A stretch of DNA of 64,000 nucleotides. Origin: Eledone cirrhosa (lineage: Eukaryota). Where the stretch lies: positions 63,054,001-63,118,000 of the forward strand of contig OZ024743.1 in assembly GCA_964016885.1 (NCBI GenBank), in the 5' to 3' direction. Positions 26,278 through 39,121 of the stretch are shown here, one piece after another. The translations under genes and the position numbers were made by a program. The first letter of the stretch is position 1; every line of letters begins with the position of its first letter. Below the pieces are notes generated by a model, which saw nothing but the letters and a program-made list of their open reading frames with translations, searched no databases and was not told the origin of the DNA.

Positions 26278-26940
26278 ATCATCATCATCGTTTAATGTCC
26301 ATGTTCCACGGTTGCATGGGTTTGGACGGGAGTTTTCCCACTTGAGGCAAGAGTGGTTGTCTTGCTCGCATAGGACTGTCTGGCGGGTTTTCTACAGCTG
26401 GATGCCCTTCCTAACACCAACCACATTTACAGTGTGGGACTGGGAGGTTTTTACCGTGTTGCCTACACGGTCACATTACAGCGTGGACTGTGTGTTTTTT
26501 TTGTCGTGACACCTACACGATCTCATTTGTTTCGGCCTGGATTTTGTGGCACCAACATAACTTTACATTGAAAGGGGCGGTGTGGATGGGGTGGGGTGGT
26601 GGGATGGGGTGTATTTTGTTAGAGATGCCTACTGACTGTAGTAGGTTTTACTTTGTATTTAGGTAAGGCGGGTCTTCTATATTACTGAGTACCGCCAAAG
26701 GTCTCGGTCCAGTGACATTGTCTTGGAGAGGTGTAAGTGTGTGAGGTCGGAATTTATCAGCTCGTCCCAGGTTTTTCTGGGTCTGCCTACTCCGTGGCTA
26801 CCGTCTATCTTTATTGCCCTGCACTTTGCTATACAGCTGTCGTCTTTCATGCGCATCACGTGACCATACCAACGTAGCCTTCTCTCGAGTAAACAACATC
26901 TGATCCCTCTTATTTCTAATTTTTTCCTTAGTTCGTTTAT
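26278..26940 (-). mobile_element. RTE-A 3' fragment
   Basis: INELRKKLEIRGIRCCLLERRLRWYGHVMRM... plus full 3' UTR and (GAT)n tail. The 5' truncation runs into TA/CA microsatellite. Confidence 0.9.
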
Positions 26941-27407
26941 ACACATACATATATATATATATACATACACACATATATACACACACACATATATAGATAT
27001 ATATATATATACACACACACACATATATACATATATACATATACACACACATATATATACACATATATATATATAGATATACACACACATACACATACAC
27101 ATACATATACACATACACACATACATATGCATATATATACACATGTACACACACATACACACACATATATATATATATATATATCGATTGACTTTCGTCA
27201 AATCCGACCGACTAAATGTTTTCGTTGGTCTTTCCAGTTGCTAGTACTATCTATCGGTCGCAACTCCAAGTAGAAGGAGCAACGTGAAATAAAATGTCTT
27301 GCTCAAGGACATAATGCATCGCCCGGTCCAGGAATTGAACTCACAACCTCAAGATTGTGAATCCAATTCCCATACATGTACACACACACATATATATATA
27401 TATATAC

Positions 27408-30255
27408 TTCAAAAAACGTGACAATCACCTGATCACCTATAGATCCGGGGAACACACAAGCCAGGTAGATTATATCCTTACCAGAAGACGTGACAGAGTG
27501 TCCGTTGTAAACACTAAATCCCTCCCACACGAAGAATGCACCTCCCAACATAGACTGATAATTAGCGACCTAATAGTCAGGACGAGACGTACTAGACAAC
27601 AGAAGAGGACTATCCTCAGGAGAAAAATATGGAAGCTAAAGGACCCCACAGCAAGAAATAAATTTAAAAGCATACTACTTGATGCTTTCGACAGTAAGGA
27701 AGAGCAATTAGAGTCGTACAATATAGAGGAGCAGTGGGAATTCCTGAAAGCAAACCTGCTGATGGCGGCAGACGAAGTCTGTGGCTGGAGCAGGCCTGTA
27801 GGCAGGAGGAGAGCAACATGGTGGTGGAACAGTAAGGTGGAGGGGTCAATTAAGGCCAAAAAGCAGGCTTGGAAAGTATGGCGGGATGGGGGAAGTAGAG
27901 AAGACTATCAAGTGGCCAGGAGGGAAGCTAGGAGACAAGTGTACTTCGCAAGAAGGGAAGCAGAGGAAAGAAAGTTCAAGCATGTTCTACAACGCGAGGA
28001 CCAAAAACGTGAGGTTTTCAGGATTGCTAGGCAATGTGTCAAGGAAAACCGTGATATTGTCGGGGAGAAGTGTGTACTTAATGATGACGGCGTACTTGCC
28101 ATCACCGACGCTGATAAGAAGGTAGCTTGGAAGTGTCACTATGAAAGGCTACTAAATGAGGAGAATAAATGGGAGAAAGACAGTCTCCCCCACATCGACC
28201 CAATAGAGGGACCAGCAGTGTTAGTCGAGGATAGTATAATAAGTAAGGCAATCAAGGATATGAAGACGGGTAAGGCAGCTGGGCCTTCGGAAATAGTTGC
28301 TGAGATGCTGAAGGCATCTGACACGGTGGAACACACCATGGTCACCCGGATTGTTAACCAAGTCGTACAGAATGGGGTTGTTCCGAAGGACTGGCGTAGC
28401 AGCATCATCGTTAACTGTTATAAGGGTAAAGGAGATGCCCTAGATAGGAGTAACTATAGAGGCATTAAATTAATCGACCAGGTCATGAAGGTCACGGAAA
28501 AAGTAATAGCGCAAGTAATCAGAGAGAGAATTGACCTAGATGAAATGCAGTTCGGGTTTGTATCAGGCAAAAGTACCACAGACGCTCTTTTCATTGTACG
28601 ACAACTACAGGAGAAGTACCTAGCTAAAAGTAAACCCCTATACTTAGCTTTTGTCGACTTGGAGAAAGCCTTCGACAGAGTCCCCCATGCCATTATCTGG
28701 TGGGCTCTTAGAAAACTATGTGTCGACGAATGGCTTGTGGGAGCTATACAAGCCATGTATAAAGAAACAGTCAGCAAGGTTAGAATTAACAACGAATATA
28801 GTGAAGAGTTTAGCGTAAAAGTTGGCGTCCATCAGGGCTCTGTTCTCAGCCCCCTACTAATTATTATTGCCCTTCAGGCTATAACAGAGGAGTTCAAGAC
28901 CGGCTGCCCATGGGAACTCCTATACGCAGACGACCTAACACTCATAGCTGAATCAATGGCCGAGCTAGAGAAGAAATTCCAAACATGGAAGCACGGCCTA
29001 GAATCAAAAGGCCTTAAAATTAACCTGGCTAAGACCAAAGTTCTAGTTTGTAGGAAAGAAAACAAGGCGGCGGTCCCTTCCGGGAAGTGGCCATGCTCAG
29101 TGTGTAGGAAAGGCATAGGTAGAAACTCCATTTTGTGTCAGAAATGCAAAGTATGGGTGCATAAAAGATGTAGTGGGATCACAGGTAAGCTAACTAAGAA
29201 CATAGATTTCACATGTGGCCGGTGCTCTGGTGCAATAAGTAGCAGCAAGTGCCCACTAAATACTAGCTCTTTCAACTGCGCAGAGGGCTCTATAGAAATA
29301 GTGGACAGGTTCCGTTACCTGGGTGACAAAATCAGCAGTGGGGGAGGGTGCTCTGAAAGTACAGTAGCTAGAGTCAGAACTGGATGGAAAAAGTTCAGAG
29401 AGCTTATACCACTATTAGCCGCTAAAGGGTTCTCCCTAAAAATGAAAGGCAGGTTGTATGATGCCTGCATACGAACAGCAATGTTGCATGGCAGTGAGAC
29501 CTGGGCATTGTGTGCAGAGGATATACGCAGACTAGAGAGGAACGAAGCTTGCATGCTCTGCTGGATGTGTAATAGTAATATACGTGAACGGCAAAGCATA
29601 AACGAACTAAGGAAAAAATTAGAAATAAGAGGGATCAGATGTTTACTCGAGAGAAGGCTACGTTGGTATGGACACGTGATGTGCATGAAAGTCGATAGCT
29701 GTATAACAAAGTGCAGGGCAATAAAGATAGACGGTAGCCATGGAGTAGGCAGACCTAGAAAAACCTGGGACGAGCTGATAAACTCCGACCTCACACACTT
29801 ACACCTCTCCAAGACAATGTCACTGGACCGAGACCTTTGGCGGTACTCAGTAATAGAGAAGACCCGCCTTACCTAAATACATAGTAAAACCTACTACAGT
29901 CAGTAGGCATCTCTAACAAAATACACCCCCGTCCCACCACCCACACCCCATCCACACCGCCCCCTTCTATGTAAAGTTATGTTGGTGCCACACCATCCAG
30001 GCCGAAACAAATGAGATCGTGTAGGTGTCACGACAAAAAAACACACAGTCCACGCTGTAATGTGGCCGTGTAGGCAACACGGTAAAAACCTCCCAGACCC
30101 ACACTGTAAATGTGGTTGGTGTTAGGAAGGGCATCCAACTGTAGAAAACCTGCCAGACAGTCCTATGCGAGCAAGACAATCACTCTTGCCTCAAGTGGGA
30201 AAACCCCCGTCCAAACCCATGCAAGCGTGGAACACGGACGTTAAACGTTGATGAT
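27408..30255 (+). mobile_element. RTE-A LINE, 5'-truncated, with uninterrupted ORF (EN C-terminus, RT, PHD-type finger)
   Basis: ORF 27357..29876, element part starting at FKKRDNHLITY. Motifs: [44 protein letters not shown] (28923), FRYLG, LRWYGHV. 3' UTR 29877-30248, then (GAT)n tail. Confidence 0.95.
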
Positions 30256-30830
30256 GATATATACACACATATACATATATGCATGTTCTCTGAACTTCTT
30301 CCATACCGCTCTAACATATACATATATATATATATACATATACATGTCAATATACTATAAAAAGCTGATGGGAATAGAGCTAGCAATGAATATTGTGAAG
30401 AGAAATGGAATGGGATGGTTAAGTCATGCGCTGAGGAATGATGAGAATAGAGCCAGCGATGAATGTTGTGATGAGGAATGGGATGGTTAGGTCATGTGTA
30501 GAGAAGTATAAAGGTGACTGGGTGGGAGTAATAGAGCCAGTGATGAATGTTGTGAAGAGAAATAGAATGGGATGTTTAGGTCATGTGTAGAGAAAGTAGG
30601 AAAGTGACTGGGTGGGAGGAATTGTGGAAATGAAAGTGGAAGGAGGTAGAAGGACAAGAAAAACATCACTTTAAGTTCATTTTCCATGTCAGCACAGATT
30701 GGCTGGGTTGTCATGTTTTGAGATGAGACGGGTTTAAGGACTACCTCATGGTCATACATTTTATTTTGGCATGGTTTCTATAACTGGATGTTCTTCCTAT
30801 TGCCAACCACTTTACAGAGAGTAGAGAATG

Positions 30831-31380
30831 TGTAGTGACCTACATTCCGCGGGCTCACATACATTCTCTGTGCGTGATTTGGCTCAGTTCAGCCAATCAG
30901 CGCCAGTAGAAGAGGATGTATCCCTACGCGCCCTGAGGAAGAAATTCCCCGCGAAGATTTGAAGAATCTCGCTCTTGTACCAGAAACTTCGAGCCAGCAA
31001 CACGCATAATGTAGCAGTGAGATATTGCACCCCTAGCCTCGCCGGCTTAACGTCGCAATGGCACATTCCCTTTTGTAACCTCTTTTTATCTGTAACTTCA
31101 ACCATATAAATAAACAAACATTTCATCTCTAATTACTGCGGTTGAAGTCGTTATGTTACTCGTGTCTCCATGACATCTTTAATCCATGCTGCTGGAATTG
31201 GCGACCTGACGAAAGGAATATTGTAAATAGATGGTAAATAGATCGAGGGACCTTCCCTCACGTCTATGTCAACAAGATAATCCAACGAGGATACTATCAC
31301 TTACCACACTGGCAACTAATGACCACTGATTCTACCACCCTGCTAAAGTGGCGATAACATCTACAACTAATACTGCTAAA
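30831..31380 (+). mobile_element. Probable solo LTR (550 bp)
   Basis: Begins TGTAG and ends CTAAA (degenerate CTACA). Flanked by a 4-bp TSD AATG (30827-30830, 31381-31384). Internal AATAAA near 31109. Interrupts an RTE-A-like 3' UTR repeat that rejoins cleanly. Confidence 0.6.
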
Positions 31381-31531
31381 AATGCATTTTATCATGGTAC
31401 CAGCACATGCAGAGGAGTCTTGTGCTTTCAGCACCAGCTTAACGAGCCTTCTGGCTTGAGACTTTAGAACCAGCACATGCTACTATGACTATTATAAAAG
31501 AAGTTGAAGCAACAACAACAACATATCTTAC

Positions 31532-31654
31532 ATTGTTTTCTGGATGGGCTACAGGTTTCTCTCTTGCTACCACTAATGTAATGTCATAGCCACTGTTTTT
31601 AAGTACTTCAACAGCTTCATAATGGTCAGCGTCCACCAAGTTAAAGCCATTCAC
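31532..31654 (-). CDS. scrib: scribble exon, PDZ1 C-terminal part, 41 codons
   Basis: tgttttcag|GTG...AACAAT|gtaaga. Translates VNGFNLVDADHYEAVEVLKNSGYDITLVVAREKPVAHPENN. Confidence 0.92.
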
Positions 31655-31864
31655 CTGAAAACAGAATAGAAAATAAATTAAAAAAATTAAAATGAAGAAA
31701 ATGTAAAGAAAGGTGAAATAATTCTGATGACCAAAATTGAAATGATGTGCGAGTGTTTTGTAAAGGTACATGGTCTAGTGGTTAGGGTGTTGGGTTTATG
31801 ATTATAATGATGTGGATTCAATTCTTGGAATGGTTGATGTATTGTGTTCTTAAGCAAAGCTCTT

Positions 31865-33050
31865 CACAAAAGGCTTATGGCAAAACTCTCTGCAATGGGT
31901 GTGAAGGATGATCTTTTTAACTGGCTGAAGTCCTTCATTCTCAGTCGAAGTCACGGTTCTAGGACAGCATTCCTCACCATATGAGATGTCATCTGGTATA
32001 CCACAGGGATCTGTTCTTGGCCCCCTTTTGTTTGTGGCATATATTAATGACATAGATGCCAACTTAAAGAATGCCACAGTACTGAAATATGCAGATGAAA
32101 TCAAGCTGTACCTTGAGATAAAAAGGACAGATTCTGAACACTATAGATCTTGCCTGCAATCTGACCTGGACACAATGCAACAATGGATCACAGACTGGCA
32201 ACTCTAGCTAGCTGTGGACAAGTGCACCACCATGCATTTTGGGAGTAAAAACCCAGCGTCCATATACTCCCTCCACAACACTAATATCAAGAAGTCTTCT
32301 TGTGAACATGACCTTGGCATTACAGTCAGCAGCAAATTGCATTGGACGAAGCACGTCTCTAAAATTGTCAAGAGGGCCGAGGGTGTCTTAGCATCACTCA
32401 GCAAGACCTTTGTCAGCCGCTCTCCAGCTATCTATTTAAAGCTGTACATAGCTATGGTGCGGCCACACTTAGAATTTGCATCACCAGTCTGGAACCCCTA
32501 TCTTGCTCAGAACATTGACCGCCTGGAAACTGTTCAGGGACGTGCAACCAAGCGAATACCCTCCATCAGGCATCTACCATACTCTGAATGCTTTGCTTCC
32601 CTGGGCATGGATTCATTGAAGCTCCAACGTCTTGCAACTGACTTGGTAAACACCCACAAAATTATTAACCATCTTGCCAACAACAACCCTGAGTACCTTT
32701 TTGATTTCCATGTATCTAACACATGTGGGCATGCCAACAAAGTCAGAAAACAGCACAGCTCCCATGACTTTCGGAAACATTTTTTCATGCTCAGAGTTGC
32801 TGAAGCATGGAACAAACTACCTGCATCAGTTGTTAGCTGTCGAAACACTGCATCCTTTAAAACCTCCATGCTTCCTGAGATTCAATAACACTACACCTAA
32901 TGTTCCCCCTCCATACACATACACACATGTATATCATGACTCATACTTTTCACTTCCCTGACATTTGTATATTATTCTATGTACTACACATGCACCTTTG
33001 ATGAGTTGTAGTGCACCTGAGCACTTTACACAATAATTTCACTTATTATT
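31865..33050 (+). mobile_element. CR1-clade LINE 3' fragment inserted in a family-2 SINE
   Basis: SGIPQGSVLGPLLF..YIND, YADE, LQSDLD, DLGITVS, VRPHLEFASPVWNPY, RKHFF..RV..AWNKLP, with one in-frame stop at 32205-32207. The host SINE (31768-31864) resumes at about 33051. Confidence 0.9.
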
Positions 33051-33872
33051 TCATGTTCTAGTCAACTCAGCTGAAAATGAGTACCAACAGTGACTAGAGT
33101 GGTGGTGGGTGGGAACGATGCCGATGAAACTGGGATAAGCTCCAGTTAGATGAGCCACTGAGCTTGGGACAGAATTTAACTAAATTTTAAAAGTGTAGGT
33201 CTCAATTTGCAACACCGAAGGATTTTTACTAAAGATATCATAATCACTGTTTTCATGTCTCTGTTTCTATGCTGTCATGGGTTGGACAAAACGTTTTTGT
33301 GATAGATTGCTACAGCCGGATGCTCTGCCTGATGTGAAATGAAGATATATAAATACAACGAGCTTCTGTCAACCAATTTCACTCCTAAGGCATTGGTAAA
33401 TTCAAAGCTTTAGAAGACACTTGCACAAGGTCCCATACAGTGGGATAGATCCTGAAACCATATGCTTATGAAGGAAACAACCACACAGCTACACCTTCCT
33501 GAAAACAATACATGACAAATAAAAGAATTGACTAGCTTCGTACCACAATTATTTTGTATTAGGGAAATTAGATTATTTGTATATGAATTATTGGAGTAAG
33601 TTTATATATAGTTTAGTGTTCAGCTCTGTGTGTGTGTATGTGCAATTTTAGTCTACAAAAATCAATCCTCAAGGTATTGGTCATCAAGAACCTACAGTTG
33701 AAGTCACTTGCCTAAAATGCCAGGCAATGGGACTGAACCTAAAGCCAAATGACTGCAAAGTAAACTTCTTTACTACACAACCATGCCTGCACCTATAGCA
33801 TGAAAAAATAGCAAAGGTTGCTAACATGCAAAGACAGGGTGTTCTAGAAAAATCGTACTAGATGGTACTTAC

Positions 33873-33950
33873 AGAAATAAGCTTATCACCAACACAGACA
33901 CCACATAGGGCTGCTGGACCAGACTCTGCAACTCTTGATATAAAAACACT
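33873..33950 (-). CDS. scrib: scribble exon, PDZ1 middle, 26 codons
   Basis: ttttttccag|AGT...ATTTCT|gtaagt. Translates SVFISRVAESGPAALCGVCVGDKLIS, typical PDZ betaC-alphaA-betaD. Confidence 0.92.
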
Positions 33951-34997
33951 CTGGAAAAAATAAATAAATAAAGCAATCAAATATATTTATAATATTTTGC
34001 AACAAATTAAATCTAGATGAATAGAGTTGTACAATAGGTGCCAGGAGATTTCTTGGAATTAGGGTTGACTTACTGCCTTAGACTAACCACAAAGGAAATA
34101 AAATACCTTTCTAGTAAATTATCAGAGTTTGATGAGAAAATGAATTACTAAATCTTGCTCAAGAGTGAAGATGAATGGAGTATCTAATGCAGTGATGAGC
34201 ATCCATCAAATAGGATAAAGTGTTGAGGTTGAGAAAAGTATCTACCCCAGAATTACAATATCAAACACTTCCAATTTCATGTTGCTATGCAGGAGTTTCA
34301 TCTACATTTGTGGATGATCCCAGGTAAGCTTTGGTGTCACAGTCCAAGGGGCCAAAACACCTACAGAGTTTCTTCACTACTTTATCAGACATTAACTCCT
34401 GTATATAGAGGTGGAGTACAGCAGCACCCTCAGCACTTAAATGATTACCTCAAATATAACTTTTTATTCAACAGTTGAAGATTTTATTAACCCTTTTAAT
34501 ATTAAACTGCTTGAAACCACCACTCTTCTGCAATCCAAAGCTGTTTATTTTAGTGTATTTATATTTATCTAAAAACCTTCCATAATTATTTTTTTTAATA
34601 ATGAAAAACTTACCTATATTACTAAATCCTTCCAAATTCTTTATTATTTTCAAAATTATAGGTTAAAATGAAGATCTTTAAGATATTAATTAATTAAATA
34701 AAAAATAATCGACCAAAGAGAATCACCAAAAGAGCTTCAGTGTTATCAAATCAGAAAAATTTGATAAACACATTGCCAATAATCAAGACAAGAAAATGGT
34801 CTGGTTGGTTCTCACAATATTTCTTGTCAAAAGGAAAACCTGTAAGAAGCTATTTCACATACTGCTATCTTAATAATTTTAGTAAATCCCTCCAAATTCT
34901 TCATTAATTAATTGAAATACGGTTTATGTCATTAGAACTATGGTAATGAAAGGGCAAAAATAATTTGAGAGTTGGAGAAAATGTCAAAGTGACTGAC

Positions 34998-35147
34998 CTC
35001 ATCATTGCCTTTGTATGGTGTGGAACCTTTCCCTCCAGCTATACTGATGCCTAATCCTTGACCAACAACTCGAGACACGTGCAGAGAAACCTCTTCTTCA
35101 ACAACATCCTTCAGCATTGAACTATCGTTTGCTTCGGACATGGATTC
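34998..35147 (-). CDS. scrib: scribble exon, PDZ1 N-terminal part, 50 codons
   Basis: tttcgctttctag|GAA...GATGAG|gtcagt. Translates ESMSEANDSSMLKDVVEEEVSLHVSRVVGQGLGISIAGGKGSTPYKGNDE; GLGISIAGGKGSTPYKG-DE is the Scribble PDZ1 signature. Confidence 0.93.
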
Positions 35148-37175
35148 CTAGAAAGCGAAAAAGAGGAGAGAAAAAACAAAACAATTTAATTCAAGAAATA
35201 TAAGGACAGCAATTAATTAAAAGATAACTAATTTAGATGATTTTTAAAATCATTTTTCCCAACTGAAATATGTGCAATAACTTTAGTCTATAGTATTTCT
35301 GACCTCGTCTTATTCCTGCATAATATAAAACTTTAAGCTTCATTCAAACAAAAATAGTTTGGGCAGTTATGGCCGTGTGTGCTGTTGTGTGTTACAAGAC
35401 ATATGTATTTGTTTATCAGCAAAGTAGTTACTGTTATGATTATTGACTATGGTGAAAATAAAGGTAATTTGAGACCATTAATCCTTTTAATACAACCCTT
35501 GGTTCTACAAAGTTTCATTCAAACAAAAATAGTTAGGGCAGTTAAAGTGTTTATTTTGAAGTATTTATCTAAAAACCTTCCACTATAATTTTATGTTAAA
35601 ACCTTCCACCATAATTTTATGTTAAAACCTTTGTTATGTTATGCCCCAAACAGTAACTTAATAAAAAAGTGTGTTATATTATTAAATCCTTCAAAATTCC
35701 TGATTATTTTCAAAATCATAGGCAGTGTCTTTCATTAGAAATAATGGAATGAAATAGTTATCTCTCAAATAGTTAATTCCTGAAATATACTTTGACTCAT
35801 GACTAAATATCCATTCCTCCAGTCCAACACCTCAGCCAATTTGCCACCTATACTCTCACTATCATTACTGTTAAATAAAATGATACAAGTAACCATTTAT
35901 TAACCCCCTTTAAAGCCAAACTGCCTAAAACCACCCCTGTTTCAAGATACTCAGTTATTTATATTAAAGTGTTTATATTTATCTAAAAACCTAATTCTCT
36001 ATAAGAGCTATTGTTATTCTAAACATCGGTATAATAATTGATAATTTTCAAAATTATAGGCAATGTTTTTAATTAGAAATATGGTAATAAAAGGGTAAAA
36101 TTAAAACACCCCAATAGCCTGTAATTAAAGTCATGTGTTGCATCAGATACTTCGCCTTAAAAATTGGCCATCCAGGTTACAGATCACTACTGTTTAGTGC
36201 ATATCATGCATCATATGTGCAGGGTAGGATGACACTGAAGAGCACAGTAAATGGATGTAGTAAGAAATAAAAACAACAACAACATTAATTAGAGAAACAA
36301 ACAAAAATAAATAAAAAAGTTTGAATGTTAACATTGAAAAACAACTGTAAAGCAGAGTATGAACATTTTTATGCAGGGGTGGGGGGGCAGGGTCAAGGAT
36401 GAAAGCTTGGGGTAATGCCATGCAATGTAAAGTTTAGTTTAACAATTATATCAGGATTAGGGGGACATCAGATTAACCCTTTTGTTACCAAACTGCCTGA
36501 AATTGCCATTGGTTTTAAAATGTATACAAGATAATTTTATGTAAGAACCATTGTTAAGAAAATTAATTATAATACCAAATGCTTAGAAATTCTTGATTAT
36601 TTTCAAAATTATTTGAAAACAATAGGCAGTATCTTTCATTGGAAATATGGTAATGAAAGGGTTACAATTAATAAATAATATTAGAGAATTATGAGGGAGA
36701 AAAATATTGTTATTAATTTCAAAGTGTGTTTTTGCTACTGAGCAAAGAACCATGATGCATGAATTATCAATATGAAATAGTTGTGAATAAATTGGGGGTA
36801 TAACCCCTTGAAGCAGAAAAAAGTGGATAATTGCCTTTTTTTTTTCTGCCTCAGAGTATACCCTCAATTTATTCTCAAATATTTTATATTCATGTATAGT
36901 GGTTCTATGCTTGATAACAAAAACACACTTTAAAATTTCAATCTCCCATGCATTTCATAAATTTTCTATTTGTATTGTTATTAATATTTAGTATAATCTA
37001 AAACTATTCATTTTAATCAGTTTGAAGCTCAAAATAAAAAGTAAAAACATTTTAGTTCAAGAAACCAATTCTCCATAAAAAAAGGCAACTTAGTTTAAGG
37101 TTTAAACTGAAAAATTAATAGAAGAAAGCAATGTTAATATGTAAATCATGACACACAATAAAGTAGACAGACATG

Positions 37176-37207
<32 letters not shown>

Positions 37208-38682
37208 TGCATTCAAAGAAAGAAGTGGTGTATATATCATGCATACAGAAAAAAGAAATTCACTCTCTGATTTAGAATATTCAGTTTGATTAGGGGTAAG
37301 ATTTGTGGAAGACAAGAACAAAAGCAATGAGTGGCAAAAAAACAAACAGACAATAATAATAATAAAAGTGGTGTGTTTTGGTGTTCATGTGCAATAAAAT
37401 GAAGAGGAAAAGAAGAAACAGACAAAAAAAAGACTAGTAATTATTTAAGACAAACTGGCTTAAAACATTAAGAATTAAATAATAATAAAAACAATAAGAA
37501 CTAAATAAATCAACTGAAAGCTATGGTCCTTGTGGCTATTGATACAAATTTGGCCAAAACTGGTTCTGGTTATTGGAAACTATACCACCCACTTTAAAGG
37601 GATCACATTTAAATTAAAATTTTCTAACATAATTATATATAAGAACCATATGTTAAATTACTATGTTAGTATTGAAATAAAAATTTTAGTAAATCCCTCC
37701 AAATTCTTCATTAAATAGAGTGTTGCTAAATGGTTAAATTATCTCTAAGTGGTTATACGATTTGAGATATTTATCTGAACTATTTTAGGTTCAGCTTAAT
37801 TAATGAGAACAATAAATGGAGTGTTAGTAATGAGTGGAGGTTGAAGAAAGGGAAGGAAAGGAAGAAAAAAAATCTTGTTTAACTCTTTAGCATTTACATT
37901 ACTCTATATATACTATTGTATTTTTGTAGTAAAGACTTTATCTTACATAATTATCTCACATAATATCAAATCTATGAGATTTTGATGTTATTTATTTTGA
38001 GAACAATACCCTAACGTCAGTATGAGTGGCTAGTTACGACCGGTTTGAACCGAAAGAGGTGAGGGAATTCTGGCCGGGTATGGCCAGTTTAAATGCTAAA
38101 AGGTTAGCCCTTTTGTTACCAACCGGGCCCTGGAAATAAAACCATCCACTTAAAAGGTTTCCAATTTAAATCAAAATCTTCCAACATAACTTTATATAAG
38201 AACCATATGTTAAGTTATCTTAGTAATGAAATAATTAATAATTTAAGTAAATCCCTCAAAATTCTTCATTAACTGAAATACATACAAAGGGGGTATTTAT
38301 ATCTGATATTCTTGGGCAAGAAATAAAGTTAATGAACTGAGAGTATGCCCAATCCCAAGAATGTTTGCATCCCTTTAATACCAAACTGCCTGAAACCACA
38401 CTTGGTTTTATGTTACAGAGCTATTATTTAAAAGTGTTTAATATTTATCTAAAAAGCTATCATAAATTTATGTAAAAACTTTTGTTAAGCTAGAAAGGGT
38501 AATACACATAGTTTTTTTAAAACCTTTTTAATATTAAACTGCCATAACCTGCCCCTCGCACTATGATACAGAACTATTTATCTTAAAGTGTTTATATTTA
38601 TCTAAAAAAACAAAACAAAAACCTCATAATTTTATGAAAGGATCTTTGTAAAATTAAGCTCCAAACACTAGTTTGATAGTTA

Positions 38683-38771
<89 letters not shown>

Positions 38772-38898
38772 GGAAGCAGAAAATTGCTTATTGTAATCCA
38801 GTTCGTGGTTAAGATAGCCAGTTTCATGGACAGTTTCAACGTATGGTTAGGGGTAACTCCACAAGTTTGTAAGAATTGCGTTCAATCTTGGAGTATAA

Positions 38899-39121
38899 AG
38901 AATAAAAGAGAAAACACAGGTAAGCATTAAAAAAAGGATTTTATCCAGGTATTAACGACCGTTTCATTATTATTTTGAAAATTTGGAGGTGAACAACAAT
39001 TATTATTGAGGGGCTCTATTTGCAGTATAGCGATATAAGGTTGCACTTACCAATGAAACGGTCGTAAATACCTGGATAAAATCCTTTTTTTAATGCTTAC
39101 CTGTGTTTTCTCTTTTATTCT
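38899..39121. repeat. Foldback element: 70-bp inverted arms, 83-bp spacer
   Basis: 38899-38968 is the reverse complement of 39052-39121 with one mismatch; sits in a TA-repeat context. Confidence 0.85.

Noticed and set aside
27470-29812. Antisense ORFs over RTE-A copies (also 16116..16721, 49139..50298, 55532..56488, 59812..60529)
   Set aside because: Shadow frames of the LINE coding strand with no recognisable motifs.
36190-36300. Acceptor-like tgtgctcttcag at 36235 with a nearby TGCATG
   Set aside because: Stops follow within a few codons in all frames and there is no convincing donor.
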